Of a stretch of 64,000 nucleotides of DNA, positions 11,492 to 24,200 are shown in pieces. The notes below the pieces were generated by a model. That model was not told where the DNA came from. It was given only the letters and a program-made list of their open reading frames with translations, and ran no database searches. Source of the stretch: Cenococcum geophilum (taxonomy: Eukaryota); contig CP158635.1 in assembly GCA_050273025.1 (NCBI GenBank), positions 10,292,001-10,356,000 on the forward strand, given 5' to 3'. Position numbers and translations under genes: made by a program. Within the stretch, counting starts at the first letter, position 1. Each line of letters begins with the position of its first letter.

Positions 11492-12432
11492 TTATCTCAT
11501 GAATCAGACGCTCCGCAAAAGATTTGTTCCGTGACACGGGATAGCGCATAGACCCTCCTGCTAACTTTTGGACCAATTAGAACAGCGCACTAATTCCAGC
11601 CCCCTGCGCACCCCTATCACCTAACAAAATCCTCTGCGGAGCGTCTGAGAGCTTATGGGCGTTGCTTTGGTGAGATTTGAATATTTTAAAAATTAAATTT
11701 TGTGTATTTTTACGAGCGACGTCCTTACTATAAGAGTTATTATATATTTTATTGATGCAATAGATTCTTTAGGTAATCATATCTATATATTTATAAATTA
11801 TAACCCCCTACTAAGAATACTAGGGGGCGAGATACATCGTCGCGGAACGTAAGTTAATTTTCAATTTGAATGTTTAACTAAAACCAACCGACTACCTATA
11901 TCTAACTTCTTATAAAATAGAGCTATAATATCGCTATAACGTAGAGGCGATAGAGAGGATAAAGAGCTTTTACCTCGTAGTATTTTAGAGATAATTAGAC
12001 CTAGAGAAGTATGTAAGGCATAGCAGTGAGGCAAGATTGCGATGAGAAAATGCGACCGATAAAATGCGACTGATAAAATGCGACCAACAAAATGCGACTG
12101 ACGCAACCAACTATAATATAGCTACGACGTTGTTATTTAATGCAATAGATAGAGAAATTAAAGAGCTCCTACCTTATAGTATTTTTATAATAACTAGACG
12201 TTATAAAAGTGTTAAGATACGCGTTGTGGTGGAAGAGTTATCGCCTAATAAAAAACATTGAGTTCTCATATAAAGGGCGCCCATAAGCTCTCAGACCCTC
12301 GGGGAGAAATTCCTCTTGGTGTAATATAATTGGTCCAGGAGTCCACAGGACTAGGGTAGGGTCCACAAGCGTAGCGCTAGTCCTTCCACATCGTAGCGCA
12401 ATTTCTCCCCGGGGGTCTGATTTATGAGATAA
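11492..12432. mobile_element. Non-autonomous TIR element with 8-bp TSD and palindromic arms
   Basis: TIR TTATCTCATGAATCAGAC / GTCTGATTTATGAGATAA; TSD GGGGTATT (11484-11491 / 12433-12440); no convincing ORF. Confidence 0.85.
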
Positions 12433-13084
12433 GGGGTATTGGCTCTGGGAGGAATCCTTGTAAAGGTTAGCAGGGGAGCTAGAACGGATTCCCTGCCCAA
12501 CGTTATTACTATCTTGATAGGCTGGAAGAGGTAGCTGTATTTAAGGCAGCAGGCATTAGCAAAACTTTTATATATAGATGACGGGGAAACTGTAACCGAT
12601 TCTAAAGGGGTGTATGCTCCGGCTTACTTAGCGGCATACTTAGGGCTTAGCTTAGGTTAGAGTAGCGACTGCCTAAGTCTAAAGACAGAAATGGACTTTA
12701 GTAAGGTCAGTTTTGTGGCAGACTTTAGCGGTTAAGGGCGTGCTGTAAGGGATCTTTTGGCCCCTTACTGGCTGCATCGCCTAGGAGCTCTTAGGGGTAG
12801 CCAAGGCCTAGCCGAAGGCTAGGCTTGGCACCTCCTTATAAGCTCCTCGGGCTTGTAGCCCTTCCCTTATTGGTTCGTCTCTCTCTGTACTCAGGCTATT
12901 GCCTACCCTTATTACCATATTGTCCCATCGACTCTCCTTGTGACTTATGCTCGGCTTGCCTGCTCCCTACCGTACACCCTGGCAATATGCCTTACATCCG
13001 AACCGATCCTATACCCTTCCGGGTGGTAGCCTGCAGCAAGCCGAGGGCTTCGCCCTCGAGCAATTTTACGATCCTCCATTTTTA

Positions 13085-14270
13085 CCTAGGACGATCGCGT
13101 TCACTGCGACACAGCAGGTACACCAGCAGACGACTGGCAGATCGCATCCGCATAACGGTGTTGGAATACGGATCAGGTCCTCTACCTACCTAGGACGATC
13201 GCGTATGCTGCAGAGCAGCTACATCAGCAGACGTCTGGCAGATCGCATCCGCATATTATGGTGGTAGATACGGATCAGGAGACAAGGGAGACGGTAGCTA
13301 CCTGGCCAAGGGTCGGGGCTATCCGGATCGTACGCGATCACCTTGGCGATTGGTATACAGTAAAAACTGGTTAGTACGATATCTGATTACAACGATATAC
13401 TCTATATTACGATATACACCCCTTAATCAAAGTGTTTTTGGTGTAATATTACGATATTCTGACTTTTGATGATATCGTTAAGTCTCCCCCACCAAAATCG
13501 GTATAACCAGTAGAGATTTTGTATGGGAGGGAGCCTAATTTAGCCGGTAAGGTGGACGCCTTAAGCCTTTTTAAGTATGGGGCCCCACCTTTTATTGCTT
13601 ATTAACCCAACACGTGACTCTTTATATAACAATACCATTGTTATAACGATGCGCTCGGCCGTACAACCCGTATCGTACTAACCAGTTTTTACTGTACCTG
13701 CATACGATCGGCAGTGCAGCGGTGCAGCTCTGCCCCGACGGCGACCCGAAGGCGATTCGATTGCTATCCGAAAGCTTTCTGGCAGGAGTTAAGGGGGATC
13801 CTACGCGATCAAGCTTGCAAATACTTAATAGGCTAACCACGGTTTACTTGCGACAGAGGTCCCACCAACAGAGATTGGAAGGTTAAACGTCCTTAAAGAG
13901 ATGCAGCTACCCTGGAGGCTATCCGATTGCTATTTAATGGCCATCCGAAGAACCGACTATGCGCTTTCAGATCAAATGCAATTAGGGCTACGGCCCAACC
14001 CGGAAAGTTTCCGGCTGTCAGCCATAGAGCTGCCGAGACTTAATCGTACGCGATTGTCTCTTCTAAAGTTACAAGCTTAGCTTAAGAGATCCTATTGCGG
14101 TTAAATGCTATCCTTAAGCTATAGCTACAGCTTTAAGAGCTACAGCTCGTCTAAGAGCTACGGCTCGTCTTAGGGCTACGGCCCGACCCGGAGACTCTCC
14201 GGCTGTCAGCCTGAGGGCTGCCGAGACTAAACCGTGGGCGGTTGTCTCTTAGAGCTACGGCTCGTCCAAG
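13085..14270. repeat. Complex GC-rich tandem/dispersed repeat tract, left part (continues at 54143)
   Basis: Two ~103-bp direct repeats (ACCTAGGACGATCGCGT...TACGGATCAGG) at ~13085 and ~13187; repeated GAGCTACGGCTCGTC units; GGCTGTCAGCC...GAGAC-N~17-GTCTC modules at ~14012 and ~14200. Confidence 0.7.
13358..13694. mobile_element. Tc1/mariner-type MITE (337 bp)
   Basis: Perfect 24-bp TIR CAGTAAAAACTGGTTAGTACGATA; TA duplication at 13356-13357 / 13695-13696. Confidence 0.92.
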
Positions 14271-14420
14271 CAGTGTGGTTTTCGATCATGCGATAAGCGA
14301 GTATAAAATATCCTTTATCCAATAGAAAATGCATAAAATATCGCAATTGATAAGGATAAAGTGCCCTGTGCGGAGCTTTTCTACCCCAACCAGGCAGACG
14401 GTTATTAGTAAAGTTTAGTA

Positions 14421-14510
14421 GATATTACGGATATTACAGATACTGCGGATACTGCAGATATTACGGATATTGCAGATATTGCGGATATTGCGGATATTGC
14501 GGATATTATA
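14421..14510. repeat. 9-bp tandem repeat (GATATTGCG, ~10 copies) subterminal in the hAT element
   Basis: Directly visible array. Confidence 0.9.
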
Positions 14511-14559
14511 GTAGGAATAGGTAAACATATAAGGTATTATAGGGCCTCCCCCCTAACTA

Positions 14560-15613
14560 TATAATAGCTAAATACTTAAAGAAAAATCCTCTATTTCTCT
14601 TGTAATTATTCTCTAATGCTAATTCTTTAAACACTCTGTTTTCTTAAGAGTTTTAGGATCTATCTATATTCTGTCCTATAATACCATACAACGTCCTCCT
14701 AAAAAGACTCTCTCTGGGTTATCGCTTATTGCTAGAATTAAGAGAATTTTAATTGCCATAAGCGAGAGCCGTGGCCAGCGCTTTCGTTGCTATTCTTAAG
14801 ACCACTACTAAAGCGCTATTATTAAAAATTTATACGGTGTCTTAAAGATAAAGTCCTTATACTCGTCCTAACTTTTTAGTCGAAATATTATACTATTAAG
14901 ATCCTCGGCGATCTTATTAAACTTATTAAGGTCTTAAGCTAGGGCTAGCTTTTTATATAACGACATATTTTTAGGCATAAAACTCCTATTCTAATATCTC
15001 ACCCAAAGCTCTTTAACACTGTTAAGTATAGGCTTACGCCACTCCTTCTTCTAAACCTGCTTAATATATCTTATATAATGGGCTAGATAAAGAATAAGCG
15101 CAGCGGCGTAAAGGGGTAAGTTATCCGTTTTATAGTAATACCTATTAAAGGTATTCTAGGCATTTTTAATGCGTTTGGAGAACTCCTTATTAGATATATA
15201 CTCCTTTTATTATATATTAGCTAGGAAATAGAGAAGTAAGATAGACTAACCTAGGATTTATTAAGGTGCTTAATTATAACGTCTATTATAAAGAGTATAT
15301 TCTTAAGCGTTACTTTATATCCCTAGCATTTTAGAGTTACCTAATAGAATTTTTAAAGAATTTTTTTTATTATACAAAGAGCCTCCTAGTCCTTTAGACT
15401 AAGATAGTCCTTTTTAAGTATATTAAGGTTACGCTTAGTATATATATTAAGGGTAAACTCTTTTTAAATTGCTATACTAAGTATAAGATACTAGCTATTC
15501 TATCTTATATAATTATTAAGTAGAATTCTTCTCCCTATAAGACTTTTAAACTTACTTATACGACTAGCTAAGCTATAGGTATATATAGTAATATTATAAA
15601 GCTTTCTAAGTAC
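14560..15613 (-). pseudogene. hAT transposase, C-terminal part (dimerisation domain)
   Basis: Minus strand reads KRWPRLSLMAIKILLILAISDNPERVFLGGR (de-RIP ...ILSIPAMSDDPERVFSGGR) at ~14690-14785, and an N.TRWNSWY-like motif at ~15490-15515. Confidence 0.88.
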
Positions 15614-18231
15614 TGTAACGGAACCTTATAGCAGGAACTACGGTGGGCTTATTATTAGGCTAGGTGTGTAGGAAATGCAAATATAAAAGTCAATAACGTA
15701 ATAATAACTAGTAGAGTAGTTGCTTAACAGATTAACTCTAATTATATTCTAAGAATTACTACAAGGAAGGAACTATTTAGGTAGGGACTAAGGGTCCTTA
15801 AATACACAACTATACTCCTATAAAATCCTTCTTGTATATAATATACGTACGCTCTATCTACTCTATTATAGATTATATAGATCCTATAGATTATACAGAT
15901 TACGTTATATAACCTTAGTTACTATTCCTTGTTATATAGTTTTACCAGTTCTATCCTAGACTATACTTAAATTAACTAACTAGCTTCTTCTAACTCCTCT
16001 CTAAGTAGTTATAACATTATACTTAAAGCGTCCGTAATACTATCTCCCTTCTTTTTATCTTTATTCTTAAAGATCTCTAATATCTCTAAGTTGTTTATTA
16101 AAGGTGTAATATCCATCTAATTAATTTGGTTAATATTATTACTTATTATACCTAAAGTAATTTCTTTTTCTTTAACCGCTCGTCGCGTTCGCACTATTAC
16201 TATAATATTATCTCTTAGTAAGATTATACCGTCTCTATATTCTCGCTGTTTAAAAGAGGGGTTGGTTTATATTATATTAGTAAACCTATTTTTACAATAA
16301 CCGTCCTCTTACTTAGAGTGCACTAAAGCGAATATTTATTTATCCTATAATGTTCGCTTTATCTTTAATACTAAATATACATAACTTATTACTCTTAATA
16401 GTTATCTAGTTCCCTAATTAATTTATCTTAGGGTTTTATATTTAATCTACTGCTATAAAGCTAGATAATAAGCTATCTGTTATTTTAATAGAGTTATACT
16501 GTTCTTATAATATAAAATAGGAGGCTACTAATACTTAGTAACGGGCCCTTAAGTCTTATCTTATAGCGTCTACTTAGTTAATTTATCTTAAGAAGGTGCG
16601 TAAGAAGGTTTATTTTAAGGAGTAGAAACTTATAGAATAAGGTTTATAGGAACTTAGTAATAAAAAAACGGACTTTCTTCTAATAGAAAAGGAAATAGAT
16701 CTAAGTAGCTTGGTAACTACTCTTCTTAGGTCCCCTTTAGGTAACTTATTCTTTAGTAATCCTTTTTTATTAATACTATCTAACCTAATCTCTTTTAATA
16801 CTCCTATACCTTTCCTATAGCGTTCTTTAAATTTTCTAGTAGTTTTTAGGTAGTCTTAGTATAGCCTATTTACTTAACCTTATACTATATTTTATTGTTA
16901 ATGTTCTTATAGCTAACAATCTTTAAAACTTACTATTTATCCTCTTTTTATCCTTTATACGTATCTGCCTTATAAACTAGTGGCTTAATATTTCCATATA
17001 CTAGCTTTAGCATTACGATATACTATATAGGGTAAATCTTTATTTTAGCTAGTAGGTTTAACTTAAATATAACTGGTGAAATCCTTTATATAATTTTAAA
17101 AGATCCTAGTCTAATATAGTCCAATTTCTTGCTTAGTTATTAACTCTTAAAATTTTTATATAGTAACTGTACTTTATCTCCCTCTTTAAGATCTAGTCCC
17201 TTAGATCTCTTAGTATTATAGTACTTTTTTATTCTCTTTTATACTTTCTTTACTAATTCTATAAGGTCTATATAAAGATTTATTAACGTCTTTATTCTTT
17301 CTTTAGCTATGCTACTTATTTTCTTTACTTATTATAATAACAATAATATTCTTAGCTTATATCCGTATTTACCTTAAATAGTAATATACCTATCCCTTTT
17401 TATAGTATTATATTATATGTAAACTATATAACTAGTAATAACAATACCTAATTATTCTATACGTAATTAATATAATGCCTTAGATACTATTCTAGTATCT
17501 AATTTAATCTTTCCGTTTAACTATTTATCTGTAAATAATATATAGTAAAAGTTGCTGCTCTAACTCCTTATTCCACTAAGAATACCTTTTAAAATGCTGC
17601 TATAAATCTTAGATCTCTATTTAATATAATTTTACTTAATACTCTATGTCTTATAAACACTTCTTTAATATAGATTCTAGTAATATCTTTCGCTAAGATT
17701 TCTTCCGTGCATGCTATAAAGTATCCCTACTTTATAAGCTTATCTACTATTACTAAAATCGCGTTATAATCTCGTCTAGTAATAGGATCTCTTAACTTTA
17801 GTAACTTAATAATAAAGTCCTATAATATAACCTCCTATAGTCTTTCTAGTATTTTAATAGGTTGTAGCCCTCTATATAGCTTATACCTTATTAGTTTATT
17901 CTTTTAGTAATCTAAATATTTCTTAGTAACTTTCCGCGCTAAGCCCTAAATTCTATTAATAATATACTCCTCCTAGAGTCTTAATACTAAGCCTATAGCT
18001 CTATTATATCCTTAAGTTATTCCCTTATAGAATTCTTCTATAAATTGCTCTACTATACTTTTTAGGATATACTTTACTTTTTAATTTTCGTATATATCCG
18101 TTTATAGATCTTTTAGCTATGCCTTTAGAATTCTTTATACCTAAAAGCTTTCTAATAACTTATAAACTCTCTCTAGTTCTTCCTAAGTTACTATAATTTT
18201 TAGATAATTATACCTAATTAATCCGTCTATA

Positions 18232-18751
18232 ATAATAATAATTCATTGCTTAACGTCCGATTCGGATCCCTATTGGGCCCACGCGGACTACTCCTTATTT
18301 ACATATGGGGAGAAAACTCTATTTAAGAAAAATGAGAAAACCCCGTGATCCATCTCCCGGCCTTTTGGGACTCGCCTACTTAGCGCCTACGAGTCGCCTA
18401 TAGTGCTCTACTACCTTACTGTTTGACCTCCTTGGGAATCACTGCTGCCGTAACAAGCCTACGGACGCGCTAGTATCACAAACTATTACTCTACTACTGT
18501 AGAGTTACTAGGGGGCACCTACTGCTCGCCCCCTTGCCTTCTATTACCATTTCCCTTGCAACCTAGAACTGATTTAGCATATTTTGACTAATAAGCCACT
18601 AGGTGACCGCCTTAAGGCCTTTTTGTATTAAGAGCAGTGTATTATAGTTCTCTGTGCCAGCTGCTAAGAGTATTGTTTCTCGATTGGTGCGTAGGGGGCA
18701 TAGCAGTATTACGTGTTTTGGTGTCTGTCTTGGCCAGCCATATTCGCATCT
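18232..18751 (-). mobile_element. 5'-truncated copy (520 bp) of the Tad1-like LINE
   Basis: Reverse complement of ~37875-38385; (ATT)n tail; 15-bp TSD ATTAATCCGTCTATA (18217-18231 / 18752-18766); begins at the zinc knuckle RCE.GWPRQTPKHVILLCP. Confidence 0.92.
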
Positions 18752-21216
18752 ATTAATCCGTCTATATCTTTTCGCAGTAAAGCCCCTAATGGCTTCTTAT
18801 TATTTTATAGTTTAGCCTTTTAACTTAGAGTATCTGCTTACGTATTATCTATACCCTTAGTATACTAAATCTTAAAATAGTATTTTATAAGTATCTCTAC
18901 TTATCTAACCTATCTTTAGTTAAGTTCCTTTATTATTAAGAATCTTATTAAGTTCTTATAATCTATTTTAACTATAAATAGTTTCTTTATACCTTATAAG
19001 AATACTCTCTATTTCTTTAGTACTATAACTACACCTAATAACTCCTTATTATAGATATTATAGTTTAACTCTAATAGTGTTATTTTTCGACTATAATATA
19101 CTACTAGGTGCTATCTATTTTAATATTTTTATATAAAGTACGCCCCTAGTATATAGTTTAATACGTTTATCTCTATAACCGTTTCTAGTCCTAGTTAATA
19201 GATCTTAAGAACTAGCTCCTAGGTAAACAGTTCCTTAACTTTTTTAAATAATTCTTATTACTCCTCTCCCTATACCTATAATTCTTTTTTCTTCGTTAAT
19301 TACGTAAATAGCTTAATATCCTTTAACTACTGCGCTATAAACCGTCTATAGTAATTGCAAAACCCTAAAAATAATTTTAATTACGTAACGTTCTCTAGTT
19401 TTTACTAATTCACTATAGCCTTAATCTTCTTTAGATCTATACTAAGTTAGCCTAGTTTAATAATAAATCTAATAAAATCGGTCTTCTTAGTAAAGAACTC
19501 ACATTTTTTAATTGCTACTAGTATCTGTTCTTCTTATAGTCTCTTTAAAACCTATTTAACATGTTCTCTATACTCTTCCTTAATTATTAAGTAGATAATA
19601 ATAATATTAAGATATACTATAACAAATTTATCTAAGTGTTCTCCTAATATATTATTAATACGCTTTTAAAATGTCGCTAGTATGTTTATAAGCCCGAATT
19701 ATATAACTAATAGTTTATATAGTTCTTCCTTTAACCTAAAGGCTGCCTTTTATTTATTACCTTCCTTAATTTTAATCTAATAGTACGCCTATCTTAGATC
19801 TATCTTTATAAAGATTTGCGCATTACTTATCCTGTCTTAAATTTTGCTAATTAAGGGTAAAGAATACCTATCCTTTTTAGTAATGCTATTTAACTATCTA
19901 TAGTTAATACATAGTCTTAGTTTGCCGTTATTCTTTAGTATAAATAGTACTGGATAACCTACTAATAACTACGATAGTCTAATATATTCCTTTTATAAGT
20001 TCTTCTAAATAAACTCTTTTAACGCTCTACCTTCTTCTTTAGTAAGCTTATAGATTGGAAAGAACCTTAAACTTATTTCTAGTTCTAATTCTATTTTATA
20101 GTCCTATACTATATACTCTAATAGCTTTTTACTTTCTAGTGACTATAGTTTCTTACCGTATTTATAGTATTTTTTTAGTATATAGCTTAGTCCCCTTTCT
20201 ATTTCTTTATAGGTTGCTCCTACTTAATACTATACTAACTTAGCTTACTATTATATCTTACGGCGTTAAGTATCCTTAATATTAACCTAACCTATAACCT
20301 AATTAATCCTTAGATTGTATTCCTATAACTAAGGTATTTTTAATACTACCTTATCCCGTCCTAATGGTAGGATATTAAAAGACATCTTAATTCGTTTCCC
20401 TTTAATGGTTAGCTAAATAGGTTCTATTTCTAGATTAATAATGCTTCCTCTATAAGCTATTAGATCTCCTAAAATTATAACTAATAGGTAAAGTTGTTCC
20501 TTCTATCTATAAGATAGTCCTATTCTCTTAACTACTGCTAGTAAAATATGGTTTCACATTACTCTACTATCTATTAGCGCTTAAACTATTAATCTTACTA
20601 TTTAACTTATAAATTTAGGTATTGTCCTTAAATTCCTTTAAGGGTCTAAGGCTTTATTACTAGTTCCCTCTAGTCCCGTAGGCCTCCGCTTTTCCTAACT
20701 ATTAGCTACTTAATCCTATTTATACTTAGTCCTCTTTTAACTAATACTTAGTTTATTTTTTGTTTTTAATATGCTATAGATATATATTCTCTAGGTATTC
20801 CCACTACTATTATCTATTTAAGCATTCTTCTATAAGGAATCTTCCTGGTTAAAGTATTAAGTCCCCTAACTCTTAAACTTCTACTAGGTGCTAACTATAT
20901 ATATACTTAGCATTTCTATATTTCGCCTCGTCTAATAACTAATATATCCTTACTAGGTACTTTTAGTTCTTATTTTTTAGTACTCTATATATATTGCACG
21001 TATTATCTATATATGCGATTTATACCAATATATAATATACTTAGTGTTTTAGGTTAACTCTTAGCTTATCTTTATCCTTAAGTTTAAACCTCTCTTATAT
21101 TAATCTAAGCGTTATAACTTTATTCGTAGGTACTATAATTTATCTCTCGCTTCTCTAGTCCTCTAATTATTCCTTTAAATCTTTTAATATTATAATTAAG
21201 GCTCCTTTAATATAAC

Positions 21217-24200
21217 TGTATAATTACAGCACCTATTATACCAAACGCGTGCTTACGCGTTTACGCGTTCAGTGCACTAACTACTCACTTATGCGTCTAG
21301 TGCACTTATAAAGCACTAACTAATTAGGGGGGAGGTGCATCAGTATATAGACCACGTAGTCTGCTTTATATAATTAACAGTCACCATCTAAACAAGTATA
21401 TAATACTACATGTATTTCGTGCCCGTGGATATAACTTACTTATGCTATTAAGTTAGTACGAACACTGATCAGTAAGCGCGTACAAATCAGCAATTACTCG
21501 ATACCTCCCCCCAAGCGATACTCGACAGCAACTACCCGTTTAGACTCCTAGTACGACCTACTAGAAGGTCAGAAGTCGGGGATTACGGACTTATCTCCAA
21601 CTCTATATACTTATTTAAGTCTTAGTACGGTTTACTAGAAGTATAATAGACGTGAATACAGACCTATACGAAACCCCCTACCCTTAAACCTCGAACCCCT
21701 ATCCCTACTACACCCTCTTTTAATACCTCCGACGTCTTTTTAGACCCCTTATAGAGACCCCCTACCCCTCTATAAATTACTACGGACCTATTAAGACCCC
21801 TTATAGACACCCTTACCCTTTTATGAACTATAACGAACATTAACCGCCTTTACGGACCACTATAAGACCTCTTCTACCTACTGCGTACTACACTACACTA
21901 TACAGTATGGCAGACCTAAGGAAGCAAGTTAATAAAGGCCAGGAAAAGTAGAGGTAGGGAGCTAACCTTACGTCTATACCTAACGTCAACAACTACATTA
22001 AATTTAAAGTTCTTAAATATAAATATTTTAAGCTTATAAACGTCGACCTATAGGAGCAATACTAGGAAGACTTTGCAGACTTTATGGAAGCTATCTTTAA
22101 AGCATATAACCCTACTACCATCCGTAACCTACGGACCCTCTTACGTAACTAAGGTGTATAGGTTAAAAGGAATAAACGAGTTACTATTACATAGTCCTTA
22201 TACAACATAATATACAAGAAGGACCAAACGGAATAGACTAAAGAGGAAATCCTAGACCAGTTCTAAGAAACTAAAGAACTCTTTACTTCTTCCAAACTTA
22301 ATATAATTGCTAGCCTTATACCTAACCTACTTAACTAAATTCGTCCTATAAACCTAAGCAGTTTTGGAATTAATCTTATAGGCCAAAGCACACCTAGTAC
22401 TTAAGTTACGGACCACAATACCCCCGTAAACCAAAATACGGACCAAATTACCCCCGTTATTTAAGTTACAGATCCGTAAGCTATATATCCACAAACTATA
22501 AATCCGTAAGTTATAGATCCGCAACCTACCTAACTAAAGACCTACGGCAAGGAGCTAGCTAACCTAGCTAAGCTCTATACCGATAAATCTAAGTACAGCG
22601 GCGAAAACGATAACTTTAACTTTAAACTAACTATCTTTACGGACCTCTACTAGAAGGCTAATATTCCTAAACAAGAGTTTAGCCAAGCCTACTCTACCAT
22701 ACTACGCGGCCTAGCACTTGACCACTACTACACCAACCTTAAGAGCAACCCCCTTAGTGTTTCTTTTAATAAGCTATACGAAGCTATACGTAACTACTTT
22801 AAAGGACTAGAATATAAGCGTAATATCCTTACCTAATAGAATGCAACCAAGCTACAGACCGTAATAGACAAGAACACTAAAAAATCGACTATAGAGTGCC
22901 TACAAATCCTTATTAAAGACCTCCGCTACCTATAGTACGGTTTTAATATCAAGCTTTAAATAGATAACTTCCTGCACAATAAACTTATTACGGCCTACTA
23001 GGAAGTAGAGCCCTATAAGTACGCCTACTACAAGCCTACAGATACCTTAGCTGGCCTTATTAATAATCTACGCTCCTCTATTACAACGTATAAAGTCTTA
23101 AACCCACTAGGCAGCACTTAAGCCTTTATTACGGATATTTAATATCCGCAAATAGACTCAGACGTCTACTTTACGGACCGCCGCTACTGCTAGCAGCACC
23201 TATACCAACCAAGTCCTACCCGTAACCCCCGCAGCAACCCCTATATAAAAACATACCCCCGCAAACAAACTAGCCAGAAGTGCTTCGTATACGGTAAGGA
23301 AGAATGTTGGTCTATAAGGCATACCTAGGAAGAACGTAATAAGTCCAGGAAGAGACTTAATAGCCGTATTAACCAGTTTATTTTAGAATACAAAGGAAAG
23401 GAAGTAGAAGAGCCCCCTAATAAGTTAATAAAAGCCCTTATAATTAACTTTAACTTAAACACTTAGGAATAAGAGACCTTAGAGACATTCCTAACCACTT
23501 TCAGACCTTTTATAGACAGCTAAGCCTTTAATATTACGACCGTATTAGCCGACCGTTCCTTTATACACTTAGTTACGCCCAAAAACCATTCCATAAGTAC
23601 CCCTATTACGGATATTATAGATTATAAGTAGGATCTATTTGCATATATTACTACAGAACGCTATACCCCCAAGGAATTCTACGGTGTTATAATCAACACA
23701 GGCGCCTCTAAGAAGTCTACTGTAGGCTACGGATAATACCTTGTATATAGGACCACCGCAAATAACAATACGGACATTAATATTACGCAAACTAGGGCCG
23801 TAAACGTCCAATTTGGCATTAGCTCAACTGCATTAATTAGATTAGTTACAGTTAAGACCCCAATTAGCCTAGTTAACTTCCACATAGTAAAAGCAGACAC
23901 CCCTTTCTTACTTTGCTTTACGGACATAGACAGGTTATAGGTTTACTATAATAATATTACGGACACCTTAATCGGCCCCACAACTGCCCCAGAAAGCAAG
24001 CATATTACCCTACTAATTACACAACGATTTAGACACCCGTTCCTTATATAGGGAGAGACTTTACGGACCTACATTTAGGAATCTTTTAACTATAACCCAT
24101 GCTACCTTACTAGTACGGAGATCCACCGTCTATACCGCCGTTTCGGCCACCCGTCAGCCGAAAAGCTATATAGAGTCTTTAAACGCTTTAGACACGACGA

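Noticed and set aside
12825..13267. Two overlapping + ORFs (122 and 106 aa)
   Set aside because: They run through ~103-bp direct repeats, with no domain or splice evidence; more likely chance frames in GC-rich repeat DNA.
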